Source of the DNA: Stegostoma tigrinum
Taxonomy: Eukaryota
DNA length: 64,000 nucleotides
Assembly: GCF_030684315.1 (NCBI RefSeq)
Contig: NC_081371.1
Location: 9,307,441-9,371,440, forward strand
Direction of reading: 5' to 3'
Made by a program: the position numbers and the translations under genes. Every line of letters starts with the position of its first letter. The stretch's first letter is position 1. Positions 48,960 through 61,730 of the stretch are shown piece after piece. The notes beneath the pieces are model-generated. The model did no database searches. It was not told the DNA's origin and was given only the letters and a program-made list of their open reading frames with translations.

Positions 48960-49090
48960 CATATGTGTGTATTCCACTTTGAAAGAGAAATTAGTCAAGA
49001 AAATATGTGTATATCCCTGTGCAAATAGAGAGATTGGTAATGTCAATACACGTATATCCCTGTGTAAATAGGGAGTTGAGTTGAGTGATT
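48960..49090 (+). repeat. Second array of the ~42-43-bp minisatellite
   Basis: TATATCCCTGTGCAAATAGAGAG and TATATCCCTGTGTAAATAGGGAG match the unit at 45395-45545. Confidence 0.7.
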
Positions 49091-50843
49091 AAGAAAAAGA
49101 GGCTTAAGTGTGTATGTTTCTCCTTTCAGTCCAGTTAAGATCGCTCATACAGGTAGTTTTATATACAGATTTTAGCAGTGGCTGTATAAGCAGTGATGCC
49201 AAATCGGGTCGTTTAAATATTTAACCAGCCAAGTCAACAATATAATTGGACCTAGCTGAACAGGACTTGACGAAAAGATCTAGACCTGTTTGCGCAAGAG
49301 AGAGCCAAGAGGGAAGCCAGTATAAACTCTCGAGATAACTTATGTTCCAGAGATAATGACTGTTAGCCTGGCTCAGTGCCACTTCTCATTGGGCCAAGTA
49401 CTGGGAGTTTGCAGAAACTCGAGCACTTTGTGAGAGTCAAGACTTAGTTCAACTCTTGAGCTTCCTAAGAAAGCCACCAAAACTAGAATTGCAAATGCAG
49501 TGTAGCACTGAATTATATGGTCATGAAAGACTCCCTTTCTGTTTAAGCCGCTATATGAGTTGGAGTGCTCTGTTTAACCTAAGAGTCGCTGGGCTACATG
49601 GAGGCTGTATATATTTGAGCGTGATGGACTGCTGGCTTCAGGGAAATGTGACCCTTCCAGGAATCAAAATGTTTCTGGCAGTTTTGGGAGAACTGAGAAA
49701 ATTGTAAAAATGTACCAGCCCAGATATTGAAGTGTGACTCAGTCTTTCTTTCTTATGGTATCTCTTCCTTCAATGCTATGCCAACTTTTGTCTGAATTTG
49801 TGTCTGCAAAGAGCATGAGGGTATGTTTTGATGTTGAAAATCCCACGCAACATGATTTCAGTGGAGGTTATCAGGTTGGAAATAACTGAGATAGCACTTG
49901 CTCCTGATTAGTTTTTGTTGTAATAATCACATGAGCACCATTGTGAGACGAGATTATGTCTGCAGGAACAGGCGAGCAGAAAATGCCAAGGGGTGACGGG
50001 AAATGATAAACTCATCACAGATGAGGACAGCCATTTGCCCTTTTTTATTTGCCCATTGAGCAATATCCTTAAGACCTTTCATTCCCGCAGAGCGTTTCTG
50101 AAATTACTCCATGGTTTTTGCAATTGCTGCACTGTCTGGGAGCCCATTCGATATGTTGATCACTCTAAGTGTAATAAAACATAACAGACATCCCGCTAGA
50201 TTTTCATGACTGAATCGGCTTCCCCTTGTGTTACTGCTCCAATGCAAATTTGCAGACTTTCCATTTCACTTTCTCGTCCCCATCTGTTAGTATGATACCC
50301 CTTCAGTCTCCTCTGTTCTGGTCTGAGAATTCCGAGTTTCTCCAGTCCTTTATTTCTTGCTTCATTCCTCTGATGGTCAGCATCAAGAGCCACCATTATG
50401 ACTTGCCTGCTGATCCCAATGTGGTCAGAATCTCCCTGCTGATCTTTTCCACACCTCACAGCCTTGCACTTCCTCTTAGCAGCTACTTTCAGTAACCATC
50501 CACTTTTGATTTAAATCACCAATATGACTGAAGAGAATTCCTGAGGTCAATCCAAGTGGTCCCCCTTGGATCCTCTGTTTGGAAGCTACCATGCCCCTCG
50601 GTTCCAGCTCTGTCGCTGTTTGCATTGGAAATTTTCTGGTGCCAGCATTGATGATGGATCCTAGTCTTAATCGTGAGACCCTGACCTTGGACGTTGCACG
50701 AATTGCAAATGGTAATCACCAACCGTGACATCTGAACCGCCCCTATTCCATTTTTCCATATAAATGGTGCAATTGCATTGGGATTTCCACCATTTTTTTA
50801 CTCACAATCTTATTCTCTCTTTCAATTCTTTTTTTCTTGGTCT

Positions 50844-50846
<3 letters not shown>

Positions 50847-50890
<44 letters not shown>
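50847..50890 (+). repeat. (CT)n microsatellite
   Basis: About 22 CT units. Confidence 0.95.
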
Positions 50891-50892
<2 letters not shown>

Positions 50893-50898
50893 CTCCCT

Positions 50899-51887
50899 TG
50901 TGATGATGCTGTGGCTTTAAGGGGCTATTTTGTCCTGGTTTTTCATTAAAGAGAGCTTTTCTGAAGAGATTAGGTGTGGCACGGTGGCTCAGTGGTTAGC
51001 ATTGTTGCCTCACACCTGTAGCGACCCGGGTTTGATTCCAGCCTTGGACGACACTCTGTGCGGAGTTTGCACGTTCTCCCCATGTCTGCATGGGTTTCCC
51101 CCGGCTGCTCCAGTTTCCTCCCAGAATCCAAGGCTGTGCAGGTTTGATGGATTGGCCATGCTAAATTGCCAATTACATTCAGGATTCAGTATTAGCCACA
51201 GGAAATGCAGGGTTAGAGGATAGGGGAATGCGTTTGGGTGGGTTGCTGTTTGGAGGGTCAGTGTGGACCTGTTGGGCTGAATGGCCTGTTTGCACACTGT
51301 GGGGATTCTATGAGAGGTAATGAGCTGTCTGTTTGGAAAGCCAGTCAAGTAAACAGTGGTGAGGCCTAGGGTTTTTTTTAAGTTGGAACAACAGAAGCAG
51401 CCTGAATGGGTGGGATCAACACTCTGACCAGGATTTCTGGGTTTTATTTATGATTTGCGTTCGTCAGAAGCTGCTGATGTTTTGAAGAAGCAGAAGCTAT
51501 GATTTTCCTTTCTGCTGCAGCTAGAAACTGGCGTTTCTCCCTGCTTGTGTATCATCTGTGAAACAAATCTATTTTCAGAATTGGCCTTTTTGCCAAGGCG
51601 TGTGTTTATGGGATGTTACTGTCTTGAACACTTAATGAGTAACAGCTACTCAACCTACTGTTCTGTTAAGTTTTCAAATAGAGTTGTTATTCTAAGTTCT
51701 CTTTTCTTTCATGGAATTTTAACTATAGTGTTCGATAAATTATGTTTTTTGCTTAACGTTGAGTAGTTCGACCAGTTGCATCGCATTTGGAACGTGGCAC
51801 TTTATGTTTGCCCTTAAAATAAGAAAAAGTTAGGGTGTAGGCTACCTTCCTAAAATATTTTGAGAGGGTCTGGTCTGGTCCAGAACG
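50899..51887 (+). mobile_element. Probable solo LTR (Gypsy-like) with 4-bp TSD, interrupted by an HE1 SINE
   Basis: Begins TGTGATGA and ends ..TCCAGAACG (CA mutated to CG). CCCT flanks both sides (50895-50898 and 51888-51891). Confidence 0.55.
50973..51312 (+). mobile_element. HE1-like tRNA-derived SINE, full length
   Basis: GGCACGGTGGCTCAGTGGTTAGC...GGGTTTGATTCC...TGGCCATGCTAAATTGCC...GGGCTGAATGGCCTGTTTGCACACTGTGGGGATTCTATG. Confidence 0.9.
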
Positions 51888-53173
51888 CCCTCCCCACGCT
51901 CTTTGTCCTCCTCTCTCCCTGTCTCCCATTCAGTTTATTTCTCTCTTCTCTTTCCCTATTCCTTCTTCTCTCTCCCCTTCTTTCTCTTGTCGCTCTCTTT
52001 CTCACCCCTCTTTCCCTTGCTGCCCCTTACCATGCTGTCTCTGTCTTCTCCTCTTTACCACCGTTTAACGCGTAGCCCCTCAACTCTCTATCCCTTTGCA
52101 GAATCAAAACCAGCAGCAGTAAGACGCGTGAGAAATAGCTTTCTCCTGTTGCCCATCTCAGTGGCTGTACTGGATTTGATTTGGGTCTATAAACGAGTTA
52201 CACAAAGACGTAACAACTTCATGAAACGGATTAATTTATTAACTTTATATTTTTGTTAATACCTGCTACCTTCAGTCACCCAGACAATTGAACAAGCAGA
52301 TGAGGCATGACAGTTAGTAGCAGTGGGTTTCTCAGTGCTGTCTCTTGCTGTCAATGCAGGCAGACTCTTGGAACAATCACTCTGAGCAAAAGCAATGGGC
52401 ATGTTGAAGATTGACATTTGGAAGAAATTGGATCATGTTCTCATGTTTGTTTTTTTTTCCCCTTCCGAGCCTGTTGATGAGACATTAAGGTCTGGTGTGA
52501 GCGAAGTAACTTTGCAGGTTCCTGGCTGACACAAGGACAAAACCTCCTGGCTGCTGCTGGTGATGCTGAGCACTGCTAATTTTAGAGATTTCAGGGATGA
52601 GTTAAATTGAGAATTACCCTCAAACTCTGTCTTACCAGTGGTCAATGAGGGGTACAGATCCACCACACATGGTGGAACAGACTCAAGGGGCTGAAAGGTC
52701 AACGACCATTGGTTCACTGGTAATCCTAAGCAAAAGCCTCATTTCCCACACGCTACATTTATATTTCTCTGATAAATGTTAGACTACCCTGTAACATTGT
52801 TGCATTTAGTCATTTGTAAGGGGTGGTTGACGCTGATTGCAAAGTGGACTTATTCTCTGTCAGGCAAAACTTTCTCCTCTGATTTATACTTTAGTGAGCT
52901 CCTACTGAGATTGAAGATAGAGAGACTCGGGAGCCTTCATACTGTGAAAAAACATCTTTCCTAACTGTTCATGTGATGTACATAAGTAGGTAGAGCATTC
53001 CCAGAATGATAATGGCTTGGTTCTCACTGCAAGTATTCCCCTCTCCTAATTACAACCATAATGGCATTTTCTCATTATCCTACTTGGACAGTATCCTTCA
53101 GGAAGATATCTTGGGACAGAGTTACTGTTGCCCAGTAAGCAACATGGAGCAAATTAAATTGAAAGAATCATTT

Positions 53174-53328
53174 TTAGATTAGATTAGATTAGATTCCCTA
53201 CAGTGTGGAAACAGGCCCTTCGGCCCAACAGGTCCACGCCGCCCGTTGGAGCATCGCACCCAGACCCATCCCCCTATAACCCACACAACCCTGAACACTA
53301 CGGGCAATTTAGCATGGCCAATCCCCCT
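53174..53328 (-). mobile_element. HE1-like SINE 3' half with (TCTAA)n tail
   Basis: (TTAGA)4-TTCCCTACAGTGTGGAAACAGGCCCTTCGGCCC...GGGCAATTTAGCATGGCCAATC. Confidence 0.85.
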
Positions 53329-54559
53329 TGCCATCGGCAGGAATAGCCCCTCTGCTCACACGACGTTACAAAGGTGCTGCTAACAATTTTCTTTGACTGG
53401 TATTTCTAACTTTCAAAAAAACAACAGATGCCAAGGTTATGATTTTTCTGCAGACATGTTTGACTAAGTGGCCTGCTGAGTTCCCAAGTATGTCTTTATT
53501 GTCAAGAACTGGACTTTTCTTTGACAGTTGGAATCTTCAACAGGGAGGGAACAAAGTGTAATAAGTGGCATTCCCCTTTTACAAAGAGAATAGGAAAAAG
53601 GAATACTTGTATTTTCTTGACTTAGCAATGAGGTTGACCTCAAAAATATACGTTCTGTAGATTCTCGAGAGAAATTGGTGATTTTGTGCAGAAGAGAATT
53701 TTGGCTTCTCAACACTGTATAGGGCCATTGCAAGACACATCGCAAGAAAACTAGACATCGACCTGTCAAGACTATGTCTGATTAGAAATACGCCTGGAAA
53801 GAAATATCAGCAACATCTTGAAAAAATGGTGTACGCCAAACAACAAAACACTTGTCATGGGCTCAGCTACCCTACTCGGACATCTCCAATGACCAACCTC
53901 ATCCTTTCTTTACAAGTTGGTGCAGACTTGATGGGCCAAAGTGCCTATTGTGCACTCTGAATCCCATTGAAATACCCCTGTGATTCTCACTGGTCTGGAG
54001 TTGTCTGTGAAATATGTTGCCTCTTTAGGTTAAGCTAGAAACTTTGCTTTCTGGCACTTGAAGAAAACATATTTTGGCTCTAACAATCTCGCTCCAAAAT
54101 TCCTGAAGAATTTATCACGAGCTGCGATACTATTTTGAACCTCATTTAGTTTGACTGTGGTCAACGCTGTTGACGCTGGTACTGGTCTGACATTCTGGGC
54201 CTTATGTGCTCACCTCCCATCACGACAAAGTTTGAAAAGCAAATTTAATACATTTGGGTCGGTAATGGAAGTGGCAGGTTTAGGTCCTTGACTGGATGTT
54301 AATTGTGGAGGGTAGGAAGATCAACCACAGACATTCTGACTATCCTTGCACCTGATCAAGTATCTCTTGTGCTGTAATAGTGCAATCGAATTCAAATCTT
54401 TAGGCAAGCCCTGATGGTAACATGTTTTGAGCTAGCTGGACTTGTAATCGCCGTAAGGTGGATTGGTCACCATTATCCCCTGCTGGGTAGGGATTAACAA
54501 GGCCCGCCCTGTCTACTGTAGAAAAGCGAAACCTGTAATGCCAAGCGGTCCTGTTGTTG

Positions 54560-54975
54560 CCAGTCCTGGAGGGTTCGAGTCATAAGGTGAGGCTGGAGAA
54601 GCTGGGACTTTTTTGACAGGAGTGTAAGAGGTTGAGGGGTGAACTTATTGAGGTTTATGAAATCATGAGGGGCCATAAACACAGTGAAAAGCAAAGGTCA
54701 TTTTTCCCGTGGGGTGGGGGAGTTCAAAAAAAGGTCATATTTTTAAGGTGGTGAGGAGCAAGGCACCTGAGACACAGTGTTTTCACAGAGAGGGTGGTTC
54801 ATAGGTGCAATGGATGCAGGTACAGTTAGAACATGGAAAAGGTATTTGGACATGAACAGGGAAGATCGAGAGTGATTTGGGCCAAATGCAGGCAAACGGG
54901 GCTAGTTTAGTTGGCATGGACAAGTTGGACCGGAGGGTCTGTTTCAGTGCGATTTGACTCAATGACACTGTGATC
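54560..54975 (+). mobile_element. CR1-like LINE 3' end
   Basis: GAGGTTGAGGGGTGAACTTATTGAGGTTTATGAAATCATGAGGGG...GGACCGGAGGGTCTGTTTC. Confidence 0.8.
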
Positions 54976-55289
54976 ATTTGTTAGCACCAGGAATTAAATG
55001 ATGGTCACCTTTTGGAAATCTCTGACTGCCTTCTTGCTAACAGTGCTATTGAGCTGCTTACAGTATACAGACAGCAGCTGCACAAGAATTGAGCTCCTTG
55101 CCACCTACCAGTCAGCCTTGCCAGCAGCCCCCATACCTCGAGAGTTATTTTCAAAAGGGAAGGAACTCTGAAGTGGCCCAAGAACTGAGAAATGAGCAGA
55201 ATATATTGTCCTGCCAGTGCCCCCATGTGTCAACAACAAAATGTGCTTCAGACTTTGAAATTGATCTTGGAATAAGGTGTGTTGGTTTT

Positions 55290-55600
55290 CCAGATGGTGA
55301 AATTGGTGGTATTTTTTGTGGCTCTGTGACTCAGCGAACATGCTGAAGACCATGAGTTCAAAATGCCACTGTGTCACATTGTGGAATCAAATTCAATGTA
55401 GCAATGCATTAATGAGGAGTGAAGGGTCACGATAGCTACAGATTATAGCAGTCGGAACATTTATACCATGGATGGGAACCCAGTCGAATCTTAATCTAAT
55501 CTGTCTCACATGTGACTCCAGTCTGAGATGATGTGGTTTATCTGTAGCACCATTGACCAATAAAGGATGGACAATTGTGAAATGACTGTATTCCTACCAG
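55290..55600 (+). mobile_element. Degraded SINE-like element, same family as 19420-19690
   Basis: CATGAGTTCAAAATGCC (B-box-like), AAATTCAAT, ACATGTGACTCCAG..ATGTGGTT, AAGGATGGACAAT. Confidence 0.45.
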
Positions 55601-56889
55601 TGCTTCTCAAACCACAGGAGTAAGTCCCAAGAGCCTAAGGCTAAGGTAGTGTATTTGTGGTATTGGCAGTTTGGGTAAAGATTTCATTTCAGATGAGCCC
55701 AGCTCTGAAAGATGAACTATGCCCGGATTGCTCACATAGTGCTGTCTGTTTGGCAAAATGGGACTTTGTGTTTGTGAGGCATTTGACTATGTGGCAGAGA
55801 TTTTGCTATACTTTATTGCCCCTGGGTGTGTCCAATGCAGTGCATTGTGATAATGTACTATAACATCTCTGTTATTGTGAGGCTTCATTGTAGATGCTAT
55901 GAACGTAAGGTTAGCACATAAGTGCACATGGTAAACCGTTGCTGTCTTGCAGAATCAGCAATGAAAGTTAACACTTGAACCTGTTGCGCTGTTTCCGGAT
56001 GTTACAGGTGCCGGCGTTTGGATAATGCAACAAAGTTCCCTCAAGGTGACTGCGCATTCCATCTGGAATTCTCACAGCTGAATCTGCTTGTTCATCAGCA
56101 ATTACATGAGTTCTCCTGCAGGGCTACATGTGACCTGAGGCTTTCACAAGCCGATCTGCTCCGTGGGAGATGGGCTGGCCTACACCGTGCCTTCCGATGC
56201 AGGTAGCAGAGCGATAGCTAATTGGAAAGGGTGTGGGTTCTTCAAATGTGTACAAAGCAGGCAAACAAGATGCTGGAGCTGTTTTGCCACGCTGTACTGT
56301 GGCACAGTTCAGCTGCCGTGCCCCGCACTTGATAATGTTAACTTATTTCAAAGGGGGAAAGGTATATTGCCATTTTGCTGACAGGTATTTTAATATCCGG
56401 GTGAAATATTGAAGAAGAAAATCCATGAAGTGAGAGAGTCTTTTTTTCTTCTTATTAAACAGTCTGCTAAAAGCAACCGGGTGGGAAATTAAACACTTGT
56501 AATTCTTGATAAGTCAGTGAAGAGACAGAGAGACAGGCTGATCTTATACATGGCTGAATATGCAATTAATCTGCAATGGTGTTGGAATAATATTTTCTGG
56601 TCAGGGCAAATACTTCACAGCCTGTGGGCACAGTGGAACAAAGTGCCATTATATCTTTGAACATCAGTCTTTGACACCAGATGCATCAGTAAAGCAGAAT
56701 CGGTTTAGTTTGCTATTCATGCTGCTCTCCAGCAATTGCAAATGGTGGACCCTTTTATGTCGCAGATTTTCTGTCATCCAGCAAGCAACATCTCCTCCTC
56801 CCCACTATTACTATTACACCGGACCACCGTCACAACATCATCCATTTCAGACTTTCCGACATTTGTTCACTGAAGAATTTCATGGCATT

Positions 56890-57600
56890 CTTGTTTAAAA
56901 ATAATATCCTTCTTCTGTCTTCCGGGGCAACGTCCCAAAGTCTCTCAACCCGCTGACAAGAAAACACAGTTAAGCTTATCTCTGTCCCAACAAAATGACT
57001 ACTAACTCTTAGGTAATATTCCTGAGTTCAAATCCTGCAACTTTGTATTTCCTGTTCAGGATCACATGCACTTGAATCGAGTTCCCTTGCGCTCTTCTAA
57101 ACTCCAGTTGAAACAAGCCTAGCTTGTCCAATCTTTCGTCACAAGACAACCCACTCGTGCCAAGCATCCATCTGGTAAAAGCGTCCTCCGAACCACCTCC
57201 AGTGCTTTTACTTCCTTCTTTAAATAGCGAGACCAAAACTGCATTGAGGTGCACTGTACAACTGAAGAGTAACAGTCGGGATAAAACATAATGTTCTATT
57301 TGCCTCCTTCATGACTTGCTGTACGTGTATATGAGCTTTTACAGATTCATCCACAGGAACATTTACATGCCTCTACATCTCAGAGTTCTGCAGTCATTCT
57401 CCTCTTAAACAATATTTTTTTTATAAATTCTTCCCGTCAAAGTTCACAACTTCTCGTTTTTCCCACATTATGCTCTATCTGCCAGACGTTTGGTCGCTGA
57501 CTCAAAGTGGCAATTTTAGTCTGCGACCTCATGTTTGCCTCTTCACAACATTATTTTCCTTTTTATTTTGTCATCTCCAATTCTAACCATTATGCCTTCA
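56890..57600 (-). mobile_element. CR1-like LINE ORF2 fragment, degraded
   Basis: Antisense FTRWMLGTSGLSCDERLDKLGLFQLEFRRAQG. Confidence 0.75.
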
Positions 57601-57761
57601 CTCCGCCTGAAATAGCTTGACTGCAGTCGGTATCCTGTCACCGAGTCACCCTTTATTAACATGTGAACAGTTCTCGACAATTCTACTGCCTCGTACAGAC
57701 CCTTGAAGATCCCTATTTACCACATCCTGCCAATCAGGTAAAAGTCTATCTATGCATAAAA

Positions 57762-57890
57762 ATAAAACATAGAACTGAGGATGCTGTAGATCCGAAAAGA
57801 AAACAGAAAATGCTGGAGAAACTCAGGTCTGGCAGCATCTGTGGAGAGAGAAACAAAGTTAACGTTTCGGGTCCAGTGACCTTTCTTCAG
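57762..57890 (-). mobile_element. Short PLE-derived element (family 3) beginning with an HHR motif
   Basis: Minus strand reads CTGAAGA-AA-GGTC-ACTG-GACC-C-GAAA-CG-TT-AAC, then CTCTCCACAGATGCTGCCAGACCTGAG..CTCCAGCATTTTCTG, related to the PLE tail. A truncated relative lies at about 7950-8015. Confidence 0.72.
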
Positions 57891-58284
57891 GTCTGTCAGC
57901 TAGCCAGCCACTTTCCATCCATACCGAGATGTCACTACCTCCCCAATGCTAAGAGCACTGATTTTGTCCTTGAGTTTAGCCACGTGATGATGTACCAAGT
58001 TGGGATGGTAGTTAACAGATTTGCAAAGGTCAGATGCAATTCAGGGAGATCTCAGACATAGCGCACATTCACTTTCCTCGAAGAGAGTGACATCATGTTG
58101 TCCTGAATGTATCTGTGGCTGTATTTATGGGTCAGCTTGACCTATCCTCTCTGCTTAAAAGTCATGCCTAATAAACATGGGGCTCATTTGCATTTGTGTT
58201 TTCACAACAAAGATTTAAGCTTCTGGAAGAACAGAGTATCTCCCAGTACTTTGCAGAGCACATGCATCATTGGGAAGGTACCAC

Positions 58285-58582
58285 GACAAGAGGGCGATAC
58301 TTTGAAAGTGAAAGGCAGAATGTTTAGAGGGGATTTGAGGAAAAGCTTTTTTTCACGCAGAGACAATTGGGGTCTTGGAATGCGCTGCGTTGGGAGACCC
58401 AGTTGAGGTGGGAAACCTAATAACATTTTTAAAAATACATAAATAAGTACTTGAAGTGTCATAACATTCAAGCAGATGGGCCGAGTGCTGGAAAGTGGAA
58501 CTACTGTAGGCTGCAGTGTATTCTTGGATGTATAGACTCGATGGGCTAAAGGGCCATTTTGGTACCATGTGACTCTATGATT
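58285..58582 (+). mobile_element. CR1-like LINE 3' end
   Basis: TLKVKGRMFRGDLRKSFF, followed by the 3' UTR with TGGGCTAAAGGGCC and a GACTCTATGA tail. Confidence 0.75.
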
Positions 58583-61469
58583 GAAACTGCAAAGATAAAA
58601 TTAACATTTGAACGTTTATCAACTGCGTTTGATTGGAATAAGTGGAAAATTTGTGTGAGTACTGCTTCATCTTTTAGTGGGATTATTCCAACGTGTGTTT
58701 GGTCCCTGCACCTTATTTAACCAAGAGGAAATAAGTGATACCTGGTCTATCATCTGTTCCTCTCCCTTCTTTAGGCTGATTTGTCAATCTGTCTCTGCCC
58801 CCCTCGCTCATTTTCATTGGCTTGCTTTCTCTCAATGATTTACTTTTCTTTTTATCCTTATGTTTGCTTCCATTACAGCTTGTTTTGCATTCTGCCTCTC
58901 TTACGGACTCTACTCTTCTCTCGCTCTTCCCCAACCTACAAGTCAATAAGACGACGTTAATACTCGGTACACCAGGAACTGATCAGTGTTAACCTACCAG
59001 CCGAGGCAACCCATTAAAAAGTGAGAGACAGTGCAAGTTAACTTCAGAATGGTAAAATAGAAATGAAACGAGGGCAAACACAAAACAAATTGTCACTTCA
59101 TTTTGAAGCCAACAGCGGTACATGTTGGTTGGGAAAAAGAATAGTCAAACAGCGATCATAGGTAGCCCTTTTTTTTCCTGTGTGTTGCCATGATTGTCAT
59201 GTTATATCTTCACAGTTCCACTGACTCAGTTTTATAATGATTTTTCTCTATAATGGAGGCTTGGACTAAAGCACCTCTGGTAACATTAACCTCAGTCGCT
59301 GAGCAGGACACTGATTTGCAACCTGTTGACTTCTGTGGGAGGTGAAGCCAGGTGTTAGGTGTAAAAACTCACGGCCCAGTCAATCATCGGGTTTCCGTCG
59401 GTGGGTTAAGGTAGAATTACCACCGCCTCCATCTCTTCGTGCAGCTTTGTTGCAATAATGCACTGTCCTGTTTAGGTATGCGCTACCCTCCCGTCACTGC
59501 TGCCAAAAAATCCTCCTCCTTTTCCCACCAACTGCTCATGTAAAATAACCCAGCGTCGGTACTCTTCAGTGATAAATTATTGCTCAAGGCCTCTCTAACA
59601 GAAGATTAATTGTTCTCAGTCGCTACTGCATCCTTGTAACTTTGAACAGCCGTTTGATGTTGAAATGTTAGCCATCATTTGCGAGTCAGAATGCAAACAG
59701 TGAACTGTATTAAGGTGAAGGGTGAATGTAACCAGACTTCGGTTATAGTTATACTTTATCTTAATCTAATTACAGTATGTTCATAAATCTCCAGTGACTG
59801 CTGTTCTATTCCTTATCACTGGGTTTGTTGTCTTCAAATGGATCATTCTTAATGTTCAGTGTGGCTTCCTGTCTTGCACCATTTATGCATCGTGTAAGTA
59901 AGGCAAAACTGCTTCCTTACCTGTTGAGTTTGCAGACCTGTGCTGTTTCTCATTGTTCATTGTCTGTTGTCTCTGCTAATGGTGAACAGGTAGTGGCAAG
60001 CGAACAGGGGTTTGAGATCCTTCAGGGAGCTGGAACACAGAGAATGGGCTGACTGAAGAAAGAATGGATTTGCAGTTAGTCTTTCCGAACACTGGGAAGC
60101 CTCAACATACCTTCCAAGTAGTGCGGTACTGTTGAGTGTCGCCACTGTTGCAGTATAGGATGTGGGCACAATGATGGAGAACCTCTATGGTAGCTGTTGA
60201 AGAATAGTTCTTCACAGTCAACACTTTCAAGAAAAATTAAAAAGAAATTTACCATGCATAGCCCATTTTTGTGAATCCTAAGGCATTCAAAAATGCTTCC
60301 TATGTAGATAATACTTCAGCATTGACCATAACACAGGCAAATGCAATTGTCATTTTGTGCACAAGATCCCATGAGTATCGATTAGAGTTATTGGTTGAAG
60401 AAGCAGTATTGACGCTCAGTGCAAGAGGAGTCTGTACTCGTGGCCTGTCTGTTCAAAAAATAGTGCTGAGTGAACTGCTCTTCCGGCACTTAGAATAACT
60501 TTTTACTGAGTTAGCTTAATTTCTGTAGCAGGGCCTGGGTGCTCAACTTTGTGACTGAGGGCTGAAAGTGTGATCATTGGCTCATTCTGTGAGAAAGGAA
60601 GGGAAAAGACATGTTTTGAATGTCAATCCATTGGGAAAACATGTGCTGCAGCAAGCAAATTGGCCACTAACTCAGTGCTTTACAATTGTGCCTTCAGGGA
60701 CTGGTAGAGATTGCTGAATAACATAATGCCGGACAAAGGTCACAGCTGAGGATATGGAGAATAGGGTAGGTTTATACTGAGTAATAATGTAATCTGTTTC
60801 ACAGAGGGGTAGAAAGTGCTTCTCTGTAAATTCCAAGTATTTTTCTCCCCTTGACTGGAGCTGCAGACACAATTAAATTGCTTAGTGTTTAGAGATGCTG
60901 AAGTGCTAGAGACTTGGCATCTTTTGCAGCAGGGAATTGGGTCGTGAAGCTCCAGCAGGGCCTTAATTGTGTCGGCGTGTGGAAGACCTTTTGGAAAACA
61001 TAATATGTTGGGCAATTAGGAGCTCACTGATAACTCAGCAATCAGCTCTGATGCTGCTGCTCATAGCTACCTGGTTCACAACAGACTTTATCAGAGACAT
61101 GTTTCTCATTGTGAGCGGGACACTTGCACTCGAGTGATGAGTCACCCTGCCGTGCTTGATCTGTCAGATATTCCCCACGTTGCGCTCCCTTTGCATTGAA
61201 CAATGCTTGAGGGCGATCTTGCAGTGTAATTAATTGTGCAAGCAGATACTTTAAGCAGATTTTGCCGAAAATTGAATTCACTTTGATCTGGGCATAGGTG
61301 CAGGAGTAGGCCAATCAACCCCTCCTGTCAATTTAACCCCTTCAGTAGCCATAGGTTGAGGGGGTGAAGCAGAACGAACTGGATTCTGGGTGCTTTTTAC
61401 AAACAAACACAGGCGTCACAGGTTAACCCCACCATTGACAGAATTGCCTTCAGTTCCCAGAATTCTCTG

Positions 61470-61730
61470 CCTTTACAGTTGAACGTGTGTCATATGGATC
61501 AGTTATTAAACTGAAGGCCTATCTCTGGCCTTCTCCTAAGTATCCAGAACAACAGTTATCCCTCAATTGATTTTTATGAAAACACCTTCATTCCATTTGT
61601 TGGATATTGCTCTGTTTTAATTGGCAGCTGTCTTTTGAACATACGTAACAAGATCTTCACATTGTTGGTTATAAAACAACTTGGGGTCATCCTGAGACTG
61701 TGAAAAGGGCTCCCTGAAGGCACATTGTTT
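61470..61730 (+). mobile_element. DeuSINE/SacSINE-like element, degraded
   Basis: TTAAACTGAAGGCC..TTATCCCTCAAT..AATTGGCAGCTG..TCCTGAGACTGTGAAAAGG. Confidence 0.5.

Noticed and set aside
53174-53194. Telomere-like (TTAGA)n repeat
   Set aside because: It is the simple-repeat 3' tail of an HE1-like SINE on the minus strand.
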